The translations under genes and the position numbers were made by a program. Source: Flavobacteriaceae bacterium (GTDB lineage Bacteria; Bacteroidota; Bacteroidia; Flavobacteriales; Flavobacteriaceae). From it: a DNA stretch of 64,000 nt. Every line of letters begins with the position of its first letter. Position 1 is the first letter of the stretch. The stretch is from contig DASSWG010000006.1 in assembly GCA_035705295.1 (NCBI GenBank), positions 3,327 through 67,326 of the forward strand. Reading direction: 5' to 3'. Under the pieces are notes generated by a model, which was given only the letters and a program-made list of their open reading frames with translations, was not told the DNA's origin and ran no database searches. Below, piece after piece: positions 16,527 through 26,588 of the stretch.

Positions 16527-18442
16527 TTTTCTTTTTTGTTTTTTGAACGGAGGGCATAGGTGTTGCCGGCCGTGAGTTCTATTGCTCCTATTTCCAACAA
16601 ACTTTTCAGCATATTGAGGGTTTCTTCGCTGGGAAAATCCAATTCTTCGATAATTTTTCGCGAAGAAAAGTTTTTGTTCTCCAACAGTTCCAAAATAGCC
16701 GTTCGGACTTCCTTGTTTTTTTTGCGCGAAAAAGAAGTATTTTTTTGGGAACAAACCGAACAAATTCCGCAAGCTTCGTTTTTTTCCTCCCCGAAATAAT
16801 TCAACAATTGAATGTTCCTGCACACTTTGTCATTATGTACATAGCGCAAAACCGATTCCACTTGCGCTTTTTTTCTTTTTTCTTGTTGAACAATGTATTT
16901 CGCAATGGGGTTGATGGTCAAATCATCTTCCCGAGGCACCAAAAAAGTAATGTTCGCATCATGTTTTGCCAAATTGAAATCGATGATTTCTTCCTTTTTC
17001 AAAGCGTTCAGCAAATGAACGATTTCTTTTTCAGGAAGCCCCGTTTTTGATTTCATCAATTGCAAATTGATCGCCGTTTTGTAATCGAAAACCCCGGGGT
17101 AGGTTCGCAACAGGGTTTTTACCAAATTTTCATATAACCGGTTTTGTTCCAAGAACAACAACAGTTGCTGGTTGGACGCCAAAAATTGCAGTTCCAGCTT
17201 TTTTCGAAATTGTTTGGAAAGAAGCAAAATACTTGCGCGGTCCAGTAATTGCAATGCGTTGTGGGTTTGCAGGGAATTCAATTCATAGGTAATGCAAAAA
17301 TCATTGAAATTGAAATCGTGTGCCGTGTTTTCACCTTCCCCATAAGCGATCGAAAAATAACTTTGTAGTTTTTTGTAAACTTTTTTTACAATTTCCACAG
17401 TGGGCAAAGCGGACAAAAATTGTTTTTCGGTACGTTGTGGGTCCAATTGGTTGCAGAGCACCACGGCTTTTGCTGCTTTTCCGTCCCTTCCGGCCCTTCC
17501 AGCTTCCTGAAAATAGCTTTCCAAACTTTCCGGTAGGTGATAATGAACCACCAAGCGCACATCTGCTTTGTCAATGCCCATTCCAAATGCGCTGGTTGCG
17601 ACCATGATTTGAACTTTGTCGTTCAACCAATCGCGCAAGCGGGTTTTCTTTTCTTCAGAAGAAATTCCGCCGTGGTAGGCTTTCGAAACAAAATCGTGCC
17701 GGTTCAGAAATTGGCTTATTTCCACGGATTCCCTTCGGGTGCGTACATAAACGATCGATGGGCCGGGATTGTTTCTGAGCAAATCCAACAAATAGTGCCG
17801 TTTGTCTTCTTTTTCCAAAACTTGGAAAGCAATGTTTTTGCGTTCAAAACTTTTTTGGACCACTTTGACCGGTTCCATTTCCAACAGCGAACGAATATCC
17901 GCCATCACTTTTTTGGAAGCCGTTGCCGTGAGCGCGAGCCAAGGAGTTTCGGGAAGAATGTTTTTTAGCACCGGAATTTTCAGATAGGCCGGGCGAAAAT
18001 CGTGACCCCATTGCGAAATGCAGTGCGCTTCGTCCACCGCGATCAAGTTCACGTTCATTTGTTCGATTCGCGCGAGCACGATTTCTTGCTGCAAGCGTTC
18101 GGGCGAGAGGTACAAAAATTTGTAATTCCCGTAAATGCAATTGTCCAACAAGGTGTCCAATTCGCGAAAAGAAATGTCGCCGCCCAGCATCATGGCTTTG
18201 ATTGCTTTCGATTTCAATCGATCCACTTGGTCCTGCATCAAAGCGATCAGCGGAGAAACCACAATGCAAATTCCTTCTTGGGCCAAAGCGGGGACTTGGT
18301 AACACAAAGATTTTCCACCCCCGGTGGGCAATAAGGCCAACACGTTTTTGCCTTCCAAAACCGCATCGATGATTTCCTTTTGGGCAGGTTTGAAATTTTT
18401 GTGGCCAAAATGGGCAAACGCTATTTCTTGAGGACTTTTCAT
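16523..18442 (-). CDS. recQ: RecQ-family ATP-dependent DNA helicase
   Basis: 639 aa. ..FKPAQKEIIDAVLEGKNVLALLPTGGGKSLCYQVPA.., DEAH box VDEAHCISQWGHDFRP, ..QEAGRAGRDG.., and a Zn-binding CGICSVC region. Confidence 0.9.
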   Translation of the reverse strand: MKSPQEIAFAHFGHKNFKPAQKEIIDAVLEGKNVLALLPTGGGKSLCYQVPALAQEGICIVVSPLIALMQDQVDRLKSKAIKAMMLGGDISFRELDTLLDNCIYGNYKFLYLSPERLQQEIVLARIEQMNVNLIAVDEAHCISQWGHDFRPAYLKIPVLKNILPETPWLALTATASKKVMADIRSLLEMEPVKVVQKSFERKNIAFQVLEKEDKRHYLLDLLRNNPGPSIVYVRTRRESVEISQFLNRHDFVSKAYHGGISSEEKKTRLRDWLNDKVQIMVATSAFGMGIDKADVRLVVHYHLPESLESYFQEAGRAGRDGKAAKAVVLCNQLDPQRTEKQFLSALPTVEIVKKVYKKLQSYFSIAYGEGENTAHDFNFNDFCITYELNSLQTHNALQLLDRASILLLSKQFRKKLELQFLASNQQLLLFLEQNRLYENLVKTLLRTYPGVFDYKTAINLQLMKSKTGLPEKEIVHLLNALKKEEIIDFNLAKHDANITFLVPREDDLTINPIAKYIVQQEKRKKAQVESVLRYVHNDKVCRNIQLLNYFGEEKNEACGICSVCSQKNTSFSRKKNKEVRTAILELLENKNFSSRKIIEELDFPSEETLNMLKSLLEIGAIELTAGNTYALRSKNKKEK

Positions 18443-18982
18443 TTATCCATTTAGGTGTTGCAGTACAAATTCAGCTCTTTTTTCGATGTTTGTTTTTGGA
18501 ACCAAAATCAACTCGTAGCCAAGGTCTTTATAGGTCTTTGTCAAATGTTCTTGGATTTTCAGGGCTTCTTCGTAAGTTTCGTAGCGCTCGTTGTCCGAGC
18601 TGTATATTTCTTTCCAAATGGGAAGCAGGAAAATTTTGTCGTAGCGGAATTTTTTGTTCGCTTCTGAAAAAAAATCGGGATAATCAAGGTTTGAATAATC
18701 CAAATAAGTCGTCACATCTGGAATTCCACGGTCGATGAACACGATTTTTTTGGTTGAATTTCCCGCTTTTTGAAATTGTTCGATCCGACCTTTCAACAAC
18801 AATTCGCTGAAAAGTAAAGGTTCGGTCAAAAACAATTGATCGATTCCTTTTTTCTGTGCGGCCAAGGTGATTTCGCGCGAAATTTCATGGAGACAACAAT
18901 GGCCTTTTTTTTCCAAGAAGTTGATAAGCGTCGATTTTCCGGTTCCGGGGCCACCGATAAAAAGTATTTTTTGCTGCTTCAC
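18443..18982 (-). CDS. small P-loop ATPase (AAA_28 / NadR-kinase-like)
   Basis: 179 aa with Walker A FIGGPGTGKST. Its stop directly abuts the recQ start. Confidence 0.7.
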   Translation of the reverse strand: MKQQKILFIGGPGTGKSTLINFLEKKGHCCLHEISREITLAAQKKGIDQLFLTEPLLFSELLLKGRIEQFQKAGNSTKKIVFIDRGIPDVTTYLDYSNLDYPDFFSEANKKFRYDKIFLLPIWKEIYSSDNERYETYEEALKIQEHLTKTYKDLGYELILVPKTNIEKRAEFVLQHLNG

Positions 18983-19034
18983 GCAACAAATTTCGACTTT
19001 TTTTGCGCAATTAAAAAAAATCGCCCAATAAGCG

Positions 19035-19042
19035 TATCTTTG
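19035..19042 (+). promoter_or_regulatory. putative -7 promoter box (TAtcTTTG) of the DUF493 gene
   Basis: TAnnTTTG match 30 nt upstream of the ATG at 19073. Confidence 0.45.
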
Positions 19043-19072
19043 CTCCGTTTTTAAAAAAGAAAGGCGAATTTT

Positions 19073-19363
19073 ATGGATGCAAACAGCCCGGAAGAATTTT
19101 ATGAAAAATTAAAAAAGCAATTGGCGGAAACCTCCAATTGGCCCACGGAATATTTGTACAAATTTATTGTGCCGTCAAGCAATCAAAAAATTGCGGAAAT
19201 CGAAGCTGTTTTCGACAATATGGGCGCCGTGATTCATACAAAAAGTTCCGCGCAGGGAAAATACACCAGTGTTTCCATCAATGTTGCCATGCAAAGCCCG
19301 GAAGCGGTGATCCAAAAATACCAAGAAGTAGGGGAGAAAGTCGAAGGCGTTATTTCGCTTTGA
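19073..19363 (+). CDS. DUF493 (YbeD-like) family protein
   Basis: 96 aa. ..WPTEYLYKFIVPS...AVFDNMGAVIHTKSSAQGKYTSVSINV.. matches the YbeD pattern. Confidence 0.75.
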   Translation: MDANSPEEFYEKLKKQLAETSNWPTEYLYKFIVPSSNQKIAEIEAVFDNMGAVIHTKSSAQGKYTSVSINVAMQSPEAVIQKYQEVGEKVEGVISL

Positions 19364-19517
19364 TCAATTGAAGAACGACGATTGTGAAAAGTTTGTTGCC
19401 AGCAAATCCAAGTCGGAACTTGCTGTTTGGTTTCAAAAAAAAATTGTATTTTGCGACATTAATTGTACCGCTATCTTCATAGAGAAAAAACATTCCCAAT
19501 TAATACCTAATATTATT

Positions 19518-20150
19518 TTGACATACGAACTAGAATACAATTCGGAACGGAGTAAATTGTTCATTCCCGAATATGGCCGCCATATCCAGAAAATGGTCGA
19601 ACATGCCGTTGCGATCGAAGACGAAAAAGAACGCAACAAAGTCGCAAAAGCCATTATTTCGGTGATGGGGAATTTGAACCCCCATTTGCGCGATGTTCCC
19701 GATTTTCAGCACAAACTTTGGGATCAATTGTTCATCATCAGCGATTTTAAACTCGACGTGGAATCGCCTTTTCCAAAACCTTCGCCCGAAATGCTTTCCG
19801 AACCGCCCGAACCTTTGGGCTATCCGCAAAATTTTCCGAAATACCGTTTTTACGGGAACAACATCAAGCGAATGATCGACTCGGCCCTGAAATTTGAGGA
19901 TGGCGAATTAAAAGAAGCCTTGATCTACACCATCGCGAACCACATGAAAAAATGTTACCTCAACTGGAACAAAGATTCTGTGGACGATAAAGTGATTTTC
20001 AATCATTTATATGAATTGAGCGATGGAAAAATCAATTTGAAAGAAAAAGAAGAAGACCTTTCCGATGCTTCCAATTTGGTGAAAGAAAATAAAGTTCCCC
20101 GAAAAAACACCGGCGGCAAGAAAAAATACAGAAACCGTAAGCGAAACTGA
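19518..20150 (+). CDS. DUF4290 domain-containing protein (start uncertain; probable TTG)
   Basis: The family-typical N-terminus (TYELEYNSERSKLFIPEYGRHIQKMVEHA) begins at the TTG at 19518. The frame has no ATG before it, and the ORF-track start at 19368 is also TTG. The conserved DUF4290-murA gene order supports the call. Confidence 0.7.
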   Translation: MTYELEYNSERSKLFIPEYGRHIQKMVEHAVAIEDEKERNKVAKAIISVMGNLNPHLRDVPDFQHKLWDQLFIISDFKLDVESPFPKPSPEMLSEPPEPLGYPQNFPKYRFYGNNIKRMIDSALKFEDGELKEALIYTIANHMKKCYLNWNKDSVDDKVIFNHLYELSDGKINLKEKEEDLSDASNLVKENKVPRKNTGGKKKYRNRKRN

Positions 20151-20173
20151 TTTTTTCAAATCCAACGAATCTT

Positions 20174-21487
20174 ATGAGTACATTTCAAATCGAAGGAGGC
20201 CATCAATTACATGGAGAAATCACTCCGCAAGGCGCTAAAAATGAGGCTTTGCAAGTGTTGTGCGCGGTTTTGTTGACCGATGAGAAAATCCGCGTCGGGA
20301 ACATTCCCGATATTTTGGACGTGAACAAACTCATTGACCTTTTAAAAGGTTTGGGCGTTGTGGTGGAAAAATTGGGCGACGGAACCTATACCTTTCAAAG
20401 CAACAAACTCGATTTGGAGTATCTGAAAAGCGATCTCTTCAAACAAAAAGGAAGTGGTTTGCGCGGTTCCATAATGATTGTCGGTCCATTGCTCGGCAGG
20501 TTTGGCAAAGGATATATTCCACGACCGGGAGGTGACAAAATTGGGCGTCGACGTTTGGATACCCATTTTGAGGGATTTGTGAAATTGGGCGCGGAATTCA
20601 ACTACAACCGCGAAAACCGATTTTATGGGGTCGAAGCCCCCAACGGATTGAACGGAACCTCGATGTTGTTGGAAGAAGCTTCCGTCACCGGAACTGCCAA
20701 TATTGTGATGGCGGCGGTTTTGGCAAAAGGAAAAACCACAATTTACAATGCGGCCTGCGAACCCTATTTGCAGCAATTGTGCAAAATGTTGGTTTCCATG
20801 GGCGCAAAAATCGACGGAATTGGCTCCAATTTGTTGAAAATTGAAGGAGTGGAAAAGCTCCACGGTTGCGAACACCGGATTTTGCCCGATATGATCGAAA
20901 TTGGTTCTTGGATCGGGTTGGCGGCGATGACCAAAAGCGAAATCACCATCAAAAATGTCAGTTGGGAAAATCTGGGACTGATCCCGAACACTTTTCGAAA
21001 ACTGGGAATCACCATTGAAAAACGCGGCGACGATATTTTCATTCCGAAACACGAAAACGGTTACGAAGTGCAAAGTTTCATCGATGGCTCCATAATGAAC
21101 ATTAGTGATGCGCCTTGGCCAGGCTTCACGCCCGATTTGTTGAGCATCGTGCTGGTGGTGGCCACCCAAGCCCGTGGAAGCGTATTGGTGCACCAAAAAA
21201 TGTTCGAAAGCCGCTTGTTTTTTGTCGATAAATTGATCGATATGGGCGCGAAAATTATTTTGTGCGATCCGCACCGCGCAACGGTGATCGGCCACGACTT
21301 CCAATCGCAGTTAAAAGCCACAACAATGAGCAGCCCCGATATTCGCGCGGGAATTGCCTTGCTGATCGCGGCCCTTTCCGCAAAAGGAACATCAACAATC
21401 CACAACATCGAACAAATTGACCGCGGTTATGAAGATATCGATGGGCGTTTGCGATCGATCGGCGCAAAAATTGAACGATTGGATTGA
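20174..21487 (+). CDS. murA: UDP-N-acetylglucosamine 1-carboxyvinyltransferase
   Basis: 437 aa. ..GAKNEALQVLCAVLLT.., ..PRPGGDKIGRRRLDTH.., and the C-terminal ..IEQIDRGYEDIDGRLRSIGAKI. Confidence 0.95.
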   Translation: MSTFQIEGGHQLHGEITPQGAKNEALQVLCAVLLTDEKIRVGNIPDILDVNKLIDLLKGLGVVVEKLGDGTYTFQSNKLDLEYLKSDLFKQKGSGLRGSIMIVGPLLGRFGKGYIPRPGGDKIGRRRLDTHFEGFVKLGAEFNYNRENRFYGVEAPNGLNGTSMLLEEASVTGTANIVMAAVLAKGKTTIYNAACEPYLQQLCKMLVSMGAKIDGIGSNLLKIEGVEKLHGCEHRILPDMIEIGSWIGLAAMTKSEITIKNVSWENLGLIPNTFRKLGITIEKRGDDIFIPKHENGYEVQSFIDGSIMNISDAPWPGFTPDLLSIVLVVATQARGSVLVHQKMFESRLFFVDKLIDMGAKIILCDPHRATVIGHDFQSQLKATTMSSPDIRAGIALLIAALSAKGTSTIHNIEQIDRGYEDIDGRLRSIGAKIERLD

Positions 21488-21518
21488 TTTTCAACCTTTA
21501 AATTCACTCTTTTTCCGT

Positions 21519-22766
21519 TTATGAAACTTTCAACTCACCATTACTGGCAAGCTCCGTCGGTTTTTTGATCGTGAAATCAAAAGTAGTGCCTTCTTTTACC
21601 TTTGAAGAAACCTCAATGGTTCCACCAAAATTGTTGATGAGTTTTTTTACCGTGGAAAGTCCAATTCCATTTCCCTTTTTGCCACTTCGATCGGTATCTG
21701 CAGCGGTTGAAAACAAGGTGAAAATCGATGCCTGTTTGTCTTCGGGAATGCCAATTCCGTTGTCGGCAATTTTAAAATGGTAAAAATCTTCGGATTCTTT
21801 GAAGGTAATGTTGATTACGATTTTTTCCTTGTCGTTGTATTTCAAGCTGTTGTTGATCAAGTTCAACAAAATTTGGTTCAACACGATTTTGTTGCAAACC
21901 AATTCCGTGTTTTCATCCGGAAAGTTGATCTCGCAATCATCGGTGATGTTCAGAAAGTCGATAATATCTTCCAATAAATCATGAAGGTCGAATTGTTGTT
22001 CTTGGGAAGCTTCGGAACCCAGCGTGCTGCTTTCGTAATGTTCCAAAATACCGGATACGTAGTCGCTCAAAGAAAAAGAAGAATCTTTTATGTTGTTCAG
22101 CAATTCAAGGATGTGCCCGTTGAGGTTTTTTCCATATTTCGCTTTTAAAAAATCGATGGTTACAATGATGTTCGCAAGCGGCATTTTCATATCGTGGGAA
22201 ACCACGTTGGCGAAATTTTTGAGCAGTGCGTTTTGTTCTTCCAACTCTTTTTGGACTTTGTTCAAATGATTGTTGCGAATCCGCAACTCGAACAAATTCG
22301 ATATTTGTCCGGCCAAACATTTCAATGCATTTTTTTGATGTTGGTCCAATTTTCGGGGCACATGGTCCAACACACAGAGCGTTCCAAGCGCATGCCCATA
22401 ATGGTCCACGATCGGTGCCCCGGAATAAAACAAAATGGGGTCTTCAGCAAGCGTAAACGGATTATCTTTGAAACGTTCGTCTTTTCGGGCGTCTTGAACT
22501 TCCATGATCGAGCCGGGCTCTAAAATTGTGTGCCCACAATGCGAATATTTTCGTTCACTTTGGCCAATTTCGGTGCCAAAAGTGGATTTGAACCAGTTTT
22601 TTTCTTTGCCAACCATGGAGATCAAACAAACCGGGGTTTGACAAATATAGGCCGTCAATTTTGTGATTTCGTCATATTCCTTTTCGGGCAAACTGTCCAA
22701 AATGTTCAATTTGTCCAATGCGACAAGGCGTTGGGCTTCGTTGACAGGTAGTGCTGGTTCGATCAT
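21519..22766 (-). CDS. GAF domain-containing sensor histidine kinase (cytoplasmic, no adjacent response regulator)
   Basis: N-terminal NEAQRLVALDKLNILDS plus a GAF region, an H-box ..FANVVSHDMKMPL.., and HATPase_c (..IADNGIGIP...GNGIGLSTVKKLI..). The likely start is MIEPAL at 22766. Confidence 0.85.
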   Translation of the reverse strand: MIEPALPVNEAQRLVALDKLNILDSLPEKEYDEITKLTAYICQTPVCLISMVGKEKNWFKSTFGTEIGQSERKYSHCGHTILEPGSIMEVQDARKDERFKDNPFTLAEDPILFYSGAPIVDHYGHALGTLCVLDHVPRKLDQHQKNALKCLAGQISNLFELRIRNNHLNKVQKELEEQNALLKNFANVVSHDMKMPLANIIVTIDFLKAKYGKNLNGHILELLNNIKDSSFSLSDYVSGILEHYESSTLGSEASQEQQFDLHDLLEDIIDFLNITDDCEINFPDENTELVCNKIVLNQILLNLINNSLKYNDKEKIVINITFKESEDFYHFKIADNGIGIPEDKQASIFTLFSTAADTDRSGKKGNGIGLSTVKKLINNFGGTIEVSSKVKEGTTFDFTIKKPTELASNGELKVS

Positions 22767-22865
22767 TTCTTTTCGTAAGAATTTCGTTATGGGAGATCGA
22801 AACAAAATTAGAAACAATAAACGAGATTAACAATTTTTTAACAAAATTGAAGTAAGGGGTTTTTT

Positions 22866-23627
22866 TCAGAATTTTTCAATAGCGCCCAGCCCAAAAAGTG
22901 CAAAATCATATTTCACCGGATCGCTTGGATTCAATTTCCGCAAAGCAACATCGAGTTCCGAAACGGCTTTTGCATCGTTCGCTTTTCGGGCCAAAAGGTT
23001 CAATTTTCGTGCGGTATTGCCAGAATGAACATCTAGCGGACAAGAAAGTTGGGCAGGGGAAAGGCTTTTCCAAATTCCGAAATCGACGATGCCGTCATTC
23101 CGGACCATCCATCTTAAAAACATATTGATGCGTTTGGCCGCAGAATTTTTTTGAGGATCGCTCACATGTTTTGTGACCCGCAATGGATGCGGAAGTTCGA
23201 AAAAAATACGTTTAAATCGGTGAATGGCGTATTGAAGGTTTTTTCCTTCTTGTTGTTTTGAGAAAACACTTTCCAATCCTTGGTGGTTGTGGTAGATATT
23301 TTGAAGCGATTTTATAAAATAAATCAAATCTTCGGAATTAAAGGTTCGGTGCACGAACGGCAGCAGTTTTTCCAAGTCCGAAGCCTGGTGCTGTTGCACA
23401 AATTGAAAAGGGGCATTGTCGAACAATTCCATTAATCGAACTGCATTTTTGATGATGCTTTTTCGGTTGCCCCAAGCAATGGTGGCTGTTAAAAACCCCG
23501 CGATTTCAATATCGTGTTTTTCTGAAAATAGATAAGGAACTTGAATTGGGTCCGTTTCTATAAATTTCGGGTGATTGTAATATGCCGTTTTCTCATCCAA
23601 AAATTCTTTGATTTCGGAGGTTTTCAT
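22866..23627 (-). CDS. TIGR02757 (DUF2400) family protein
   Basis: ..FLTATIAWGNRKSIIKNA...LSCPLDVHSGNTARKLNLL... is the pattern of this conserved family. The ATG at 23627 is preferred over the TTG at 23666. Confidence 0.7.
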   Translation of the reverse strand: MKTSEIKEFLDEKTAYYNHPKFIETDPIQVPYLFSEKHDIEIAGFLTATIAWGNRKSIIKNAVRLMELFDNAPFQFVQQHQASDLEKLLPFVHRTFNSEDLIYFIKSLQNIYHNHQGLESVFSKQQEGKNLQYAIHRFKRIFFELPHPLRVTKHVSDPQKNSAAKRINMFLRWMVRNDGIVDFGIWKSLSPAQLSCPLDVHSGNTARKLNLLARKANDAKAVSELDVALRKLNPSDPVKYDFALFGLGAIEKF

Positions 23628-23662
23628 TACAGGTTCCACTTTTTTATTGTGTTTTTGCCCGG

Positions 23663-24355
23663 TCAAAGTTTTGAAAAGTCCACCACGAAACTTTCGGGAT
23701 ATTTAGCTGAAATTTTTTGTTGAAATTTTTCCGCTTTTTCACGAATGTCGAACAAGCCGATCAATACCGAATAAATATTCACCCCTTGAATGTTTTTAAT
23801 CTGTACCATCACCTTTTTCCGATAATCGAGTTGAAGTTTGTTCACCAAGTGTATCAAATTGCCCGAGTTGGCAAAACTTGCCATTTGTACGCCAAAGCCG
23901 GTAGGGGAAAGGGGGGTGGTTTTCAATTCCCAAAATTCGGGATTTTTGGCCATTGTGGGGGCGTTATTTTCTTTGGAAATATCGTGGGGGCCGGTTCCTT
24001 GCGCCGCCACCACTTCCACTGTCACATTGACCACGCCCATATTAATAAAATCCAATGATTTTGCAGCTGATTTTGAAAGATCGATGATCCTTCCGGGAAC
24101 AAAGGGGCCTCGGTCGTTCACGGTGACGATCACCGATTTTCCATTTACCAAATTGGTGACTTTCACAACCGTTCCGAAGGGTAATGTTTTGTGGGCGGCG
24201 GTGGGTTTTGCTTGTGAAAAAATATCACCGCTCGCGGTCAATCTTCCCTCGAACATGTCGTGGTAAAAAGAAGCTTTTCCGGTTTGGACCTTTTCTTGCG
24301 ACATAACGGTGTTGAATGCCATAAGAAACAGGAAAATGGAAAACTTGAGGGGCAT
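23663..24355 (-). CDS. rlpA: septal-ring lytic transglycosylase RlpA family protein with C-terminal SPOR domain
   Basis: Signal peptide; DPBB core [21 protein letters not shown]...[33 protein letters not shown]; C-terminal SPOR-like [11 protein letters not shown]...YSVLIGLF. Confidence 0.85.
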   Translation of the reverse strand: MPLKFSIFLFLMAFNTVMSQEKVQTGKASFYHDMFEGRLTASGDIFSQAKPTAAHKTLPFGTVVKVTNLVNGKSVIVTVNDRGPFVPGRIIDLSKSAAKSLDFINMGVVNVTVEVVAAQGTGPHDISKENNAPTMAKNPEFWELKTTPLSPTGFGVQMASFANSGNLIHLVNKLQLDYRKKVMVQIKNIQGVNIYSVLIGLFDIREKAEKFQQKISAKYPESFVVDFSKL

Positions 24356-24360
24356 ACAAA

Positions 24361-25317
24361 TTACTTTTCGTTCACAATGGCAATGAGTTGTTCGGCAAGT
24401 TCCGTGCCTATTCTATCTTGCGCTTCCACAGTGGAGCCCCCGATATGCGGGGAAAGGGAAATTTTAGGGTTCATCAAAATCTTGATTTCCGGTGAAGGCT
24501 CGTTTTCGAACACGTCCAAAGCTGCGAAGCCCAATTTTCCATCTTCCAACGCATCGACCAATGCCACTTCGTCGATCACCCCGCCACGTGCGGTGTTGAT
24601 AATTCCCGCACCGGGTTTCATTTTTTCGATTTCAGACTTTCCGATTAAATATTCTTTTTTGGCGGGAACGTGCAAGGTAATAAAATCAGCTTTTGCCAAA
24701 ACTTGTTCCAAGGGCATTTTTTGTATATCCAAACTTGTTTTCTGGCCGTTGAAAAATTCCAATTCCACAGCAACTGTTTCAAGTTCGTCGCCGCGTGCGA
24801 TCACGTTCATTCCAATTCCCAAGGCAATTTTTGCCACTTCTCTTCCAATACGTCCAAAACCGACAATTCCCAAGGTTTTTCCACGAAGTTCAATTCCTTT
24901 GGCGTAGCTTTTTTTCAATTCTTTGAATTTGGAATCGCCTTCCAAAGGCATATCGCGGTTGGCGTTGTTCAGAAAACGCACCGCTCCGAACAAATGGGCG
25001 AACACCAATTCGGCAACGCTTCGCGAGGAAGCTGCCGGCGTGTTGATTACCTTAATTCCTTTGTTTTTGGCATATTCCACATCGATATTGTCCATTCCAA
25101 CACCTCCACGTCCAATGATTTTCAAATCGGGGCAGGCGTCGATCAGGTCTTTTCGCACTTTTGTGGCGCTGCGCACCAACAATACTTCGATGTTTTTTTT
25201 ATTGATGTAATCGATCAATTGATCTTGTGCAACTTTCGTTAAATCAACTTCAAAGCCTGATTTTTCAAGTGCTTCGATACCGCTTTGTGAAATACCGTCG
25301 TTTGCTAATATTTTCAT
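24361..25317 (-). CDS. serA: D-3-phosphoglycerate dehydrogenase / D-isomer 2-hydroxyacid dehydrogenase
   Basis: Starts [13 protein letters not shown] at 25317. NAD-binding [13 protein letters not shown]; ..[10 protein letters not shown]..; sits adjacent to serC. Confidence 0.85.
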   Translation of the reverse strand: MKILANDGISQSGIEALEKSGFEVDLTKVAQDQLIDYINKKNIEVLLVRSATKVRKDLIDACPDLKIIGRGGVGMDNIDVEYAKNKGIKVINTPAASSRSVAELVFAHLFGAVRFLNNANRDMPLEGDSKFKELKKSYAKGIELRGKTLGIVGFGRIGREVAKIALGIGMNVIARGDELETVAVELEFFNGQKTSLDIQKMPLEQVLAKADFITLHVPAKKEYLIGKSEIEKMKPGAGIINTARGGVIDEVALVDALEDGKLGFAALDVFENEPSPEIKILMNPKISLSPHIGGSTVEAQDRIGTELAEQLIAIVNEK

Positions 25318-25440
25318 TTTTACACTGATTATTTGGATTTGAAACTGATTGCATGGATTGTTAATATGCGAAATAGCGGCTTGGTGAAGAGGCGAGAGCG
25401 CGACTTTTTGAACTTCAAAGACTGCCACTGCCAACTGAAC

Positions 25441-26505
25441 TCACGCTTTTCGCTCCAATTCGCTCATCACGTCCACCAACACCGCCACGCTTTCCAGGGG
25501 CAGGGCGTTGTACATCGAGGCACGGTAGCCGCCCACACTGCGGTGGCCGTTCACGCCATTGATTCCCGCTTCTTTTAGCATGGTGTCAAAAGTTTCTTTC
25601 AAGTTGTCGTTTTTCAAATTGAAAGTGGCGTTCATCATGGAGCGGTCTTCTTTTTCGGCAAAACCTTTAAAAAGCGGGTTGATGTCGATTTCGGAATAAA
25701 TCAACTGAGCTTTTTTTTCATTTTCTTTTTCGATGGCCTCGACCCCGCCTAATTTTTTGAGCCAACGCAAGGTCAACATCGAAACATAGGTCGGAAAAAC
25801 CGAAGGCGTGTTGAACATGCTTCCTTTTCCGATATGCACCGAATAATCCATCATCGAGGGAATTGCACGTTTTACTTTTCCCAAAACATCTTCACGCAAC
25901 ACCACAAGGGTCGTTCCCGCGGGCCCCATATTTTTTTGTGCCCCTGCGTAAATCAAATCGAATTGTGAAAAATCGATTTTTCGGGAAAAAATATCGCTGC
26001 TCATATCACAAACCAAAGGAATTTCGGTTTTTGGAAATGTTTTCATTTGCGTTCCGACAATGGTATTGTTGCTGGTGCAATGAAAATAATCCGCATCATT
26101 TGGCACGGTATAATTTTTCGGGATATAATTGAAATTTTTATCTTTTGACGAGGCAATTTCAATGACTTCTCCGAACAATTTTGCTTCTTTGATGGCTTTG
26201 CTGGCCCAAGTTCCGGTGTTTAAATAAGCCGCTTTTTTGTTCAATAAATTATACGCGACCATCAAAAACTGAGTGCTGGCGCCGCCTTGCAAAAAAAGGG
26301 CCTTGTAGCCTTTTCCTTCCAAGCCCAAATGTTCCAACGCCAACGCGCGGGCTTCTTCCATCACATCGACAAAATCTTTGCTGCGGTGCGAAATTTCCAA
26401 TAAAGAAAGTCCGGAATTGTTGAAATCCAATACGGCTTGCGAAGCTTCTTTAAAAACTTCTTGTGGCAAAATGCACGGACCGGCGCTAAAGTTGTGTTTT
26501 TTCAT
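25441..26505 (-). CDS. serC: 3-phosphoserine/phosphohydroxythreonine aminotransferase
   Basis: 354 aa. MKKHNFSAGPCILPQEV.., ..YAGAQKNMGPAGTTLVV.., ..GHRSVGGYRASMYNA... Confidence 0.95.
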   Translation of the reverse strand: MKKHNFSAGPCILPQEVFKEASQAVLDFNNSGLSLLEISHRSKDFVDVMEEARALALEHLGLEGKGYKALFLQGGASTQFLMVAYNLLNKKAAYLNTGTWASKAIKEAKLFGEVIEIASSKDKNFNYIPKNYTVPNDADYFHCTSNNTIVGTQMKTFPKTEIPLVCDMSSDIFSRKIDFSQFDLIYAGAQKNMGPAGTTLVVLREDVLGKVKRAIPSMMDYSVHIGKGSMFNTPSVFPTYVSMLTLRWLKKLGGVEAIEKENEKKAQLIYSEIDINPLFKGFAEKEDRSMMNATFNLKNDNLKETFDTMLKEAGINGVNGHRSVGGYRASMYNALPLESVAVLVDVMSELERKA

Positions 26506-26588
26506 TTGTTTTTTGGAATATTGTTGAGTTTAAAAGTTGGGGGTTTTACAAAGATGCTAAAATAAAAAATGCCGTTGCCGATAAAATG

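Noticed and set aside
15582-16823. ORF-track version of fmt with a 99-aa N-terminal extension (MQEHSIVELF...)
   Set aside because: The extension overlaps the 3' end of recQ in another frame and is Lys/Arg/Phe-rich nonsense. The conserved Fmt N-terminus MKDLRIVFMGTPEFAV begins at 16526 with an ATGA overlap to the recQ stop.
20342-21304. 320-aa minus-strand ORF; also 39982..40824 (280 aa), 50514..51353 (279 aa), 57021..57794 (257 aa), 53992..54726 (244 aa), 28917..29645 (242 aa), 63312..63992 (226 aa) and 24260..24907 (215 aa)
   Set aside because: Each lies entirely antisense to a strongly supported conserved gene (murA, parC, the TlpA-like gene, gyrA, clpC, ychF, the HDIG protein, and serA with the adjacent rlpA start). 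Each shows the skewed F/H/R/V-rich composition typical of shadow ORFs.
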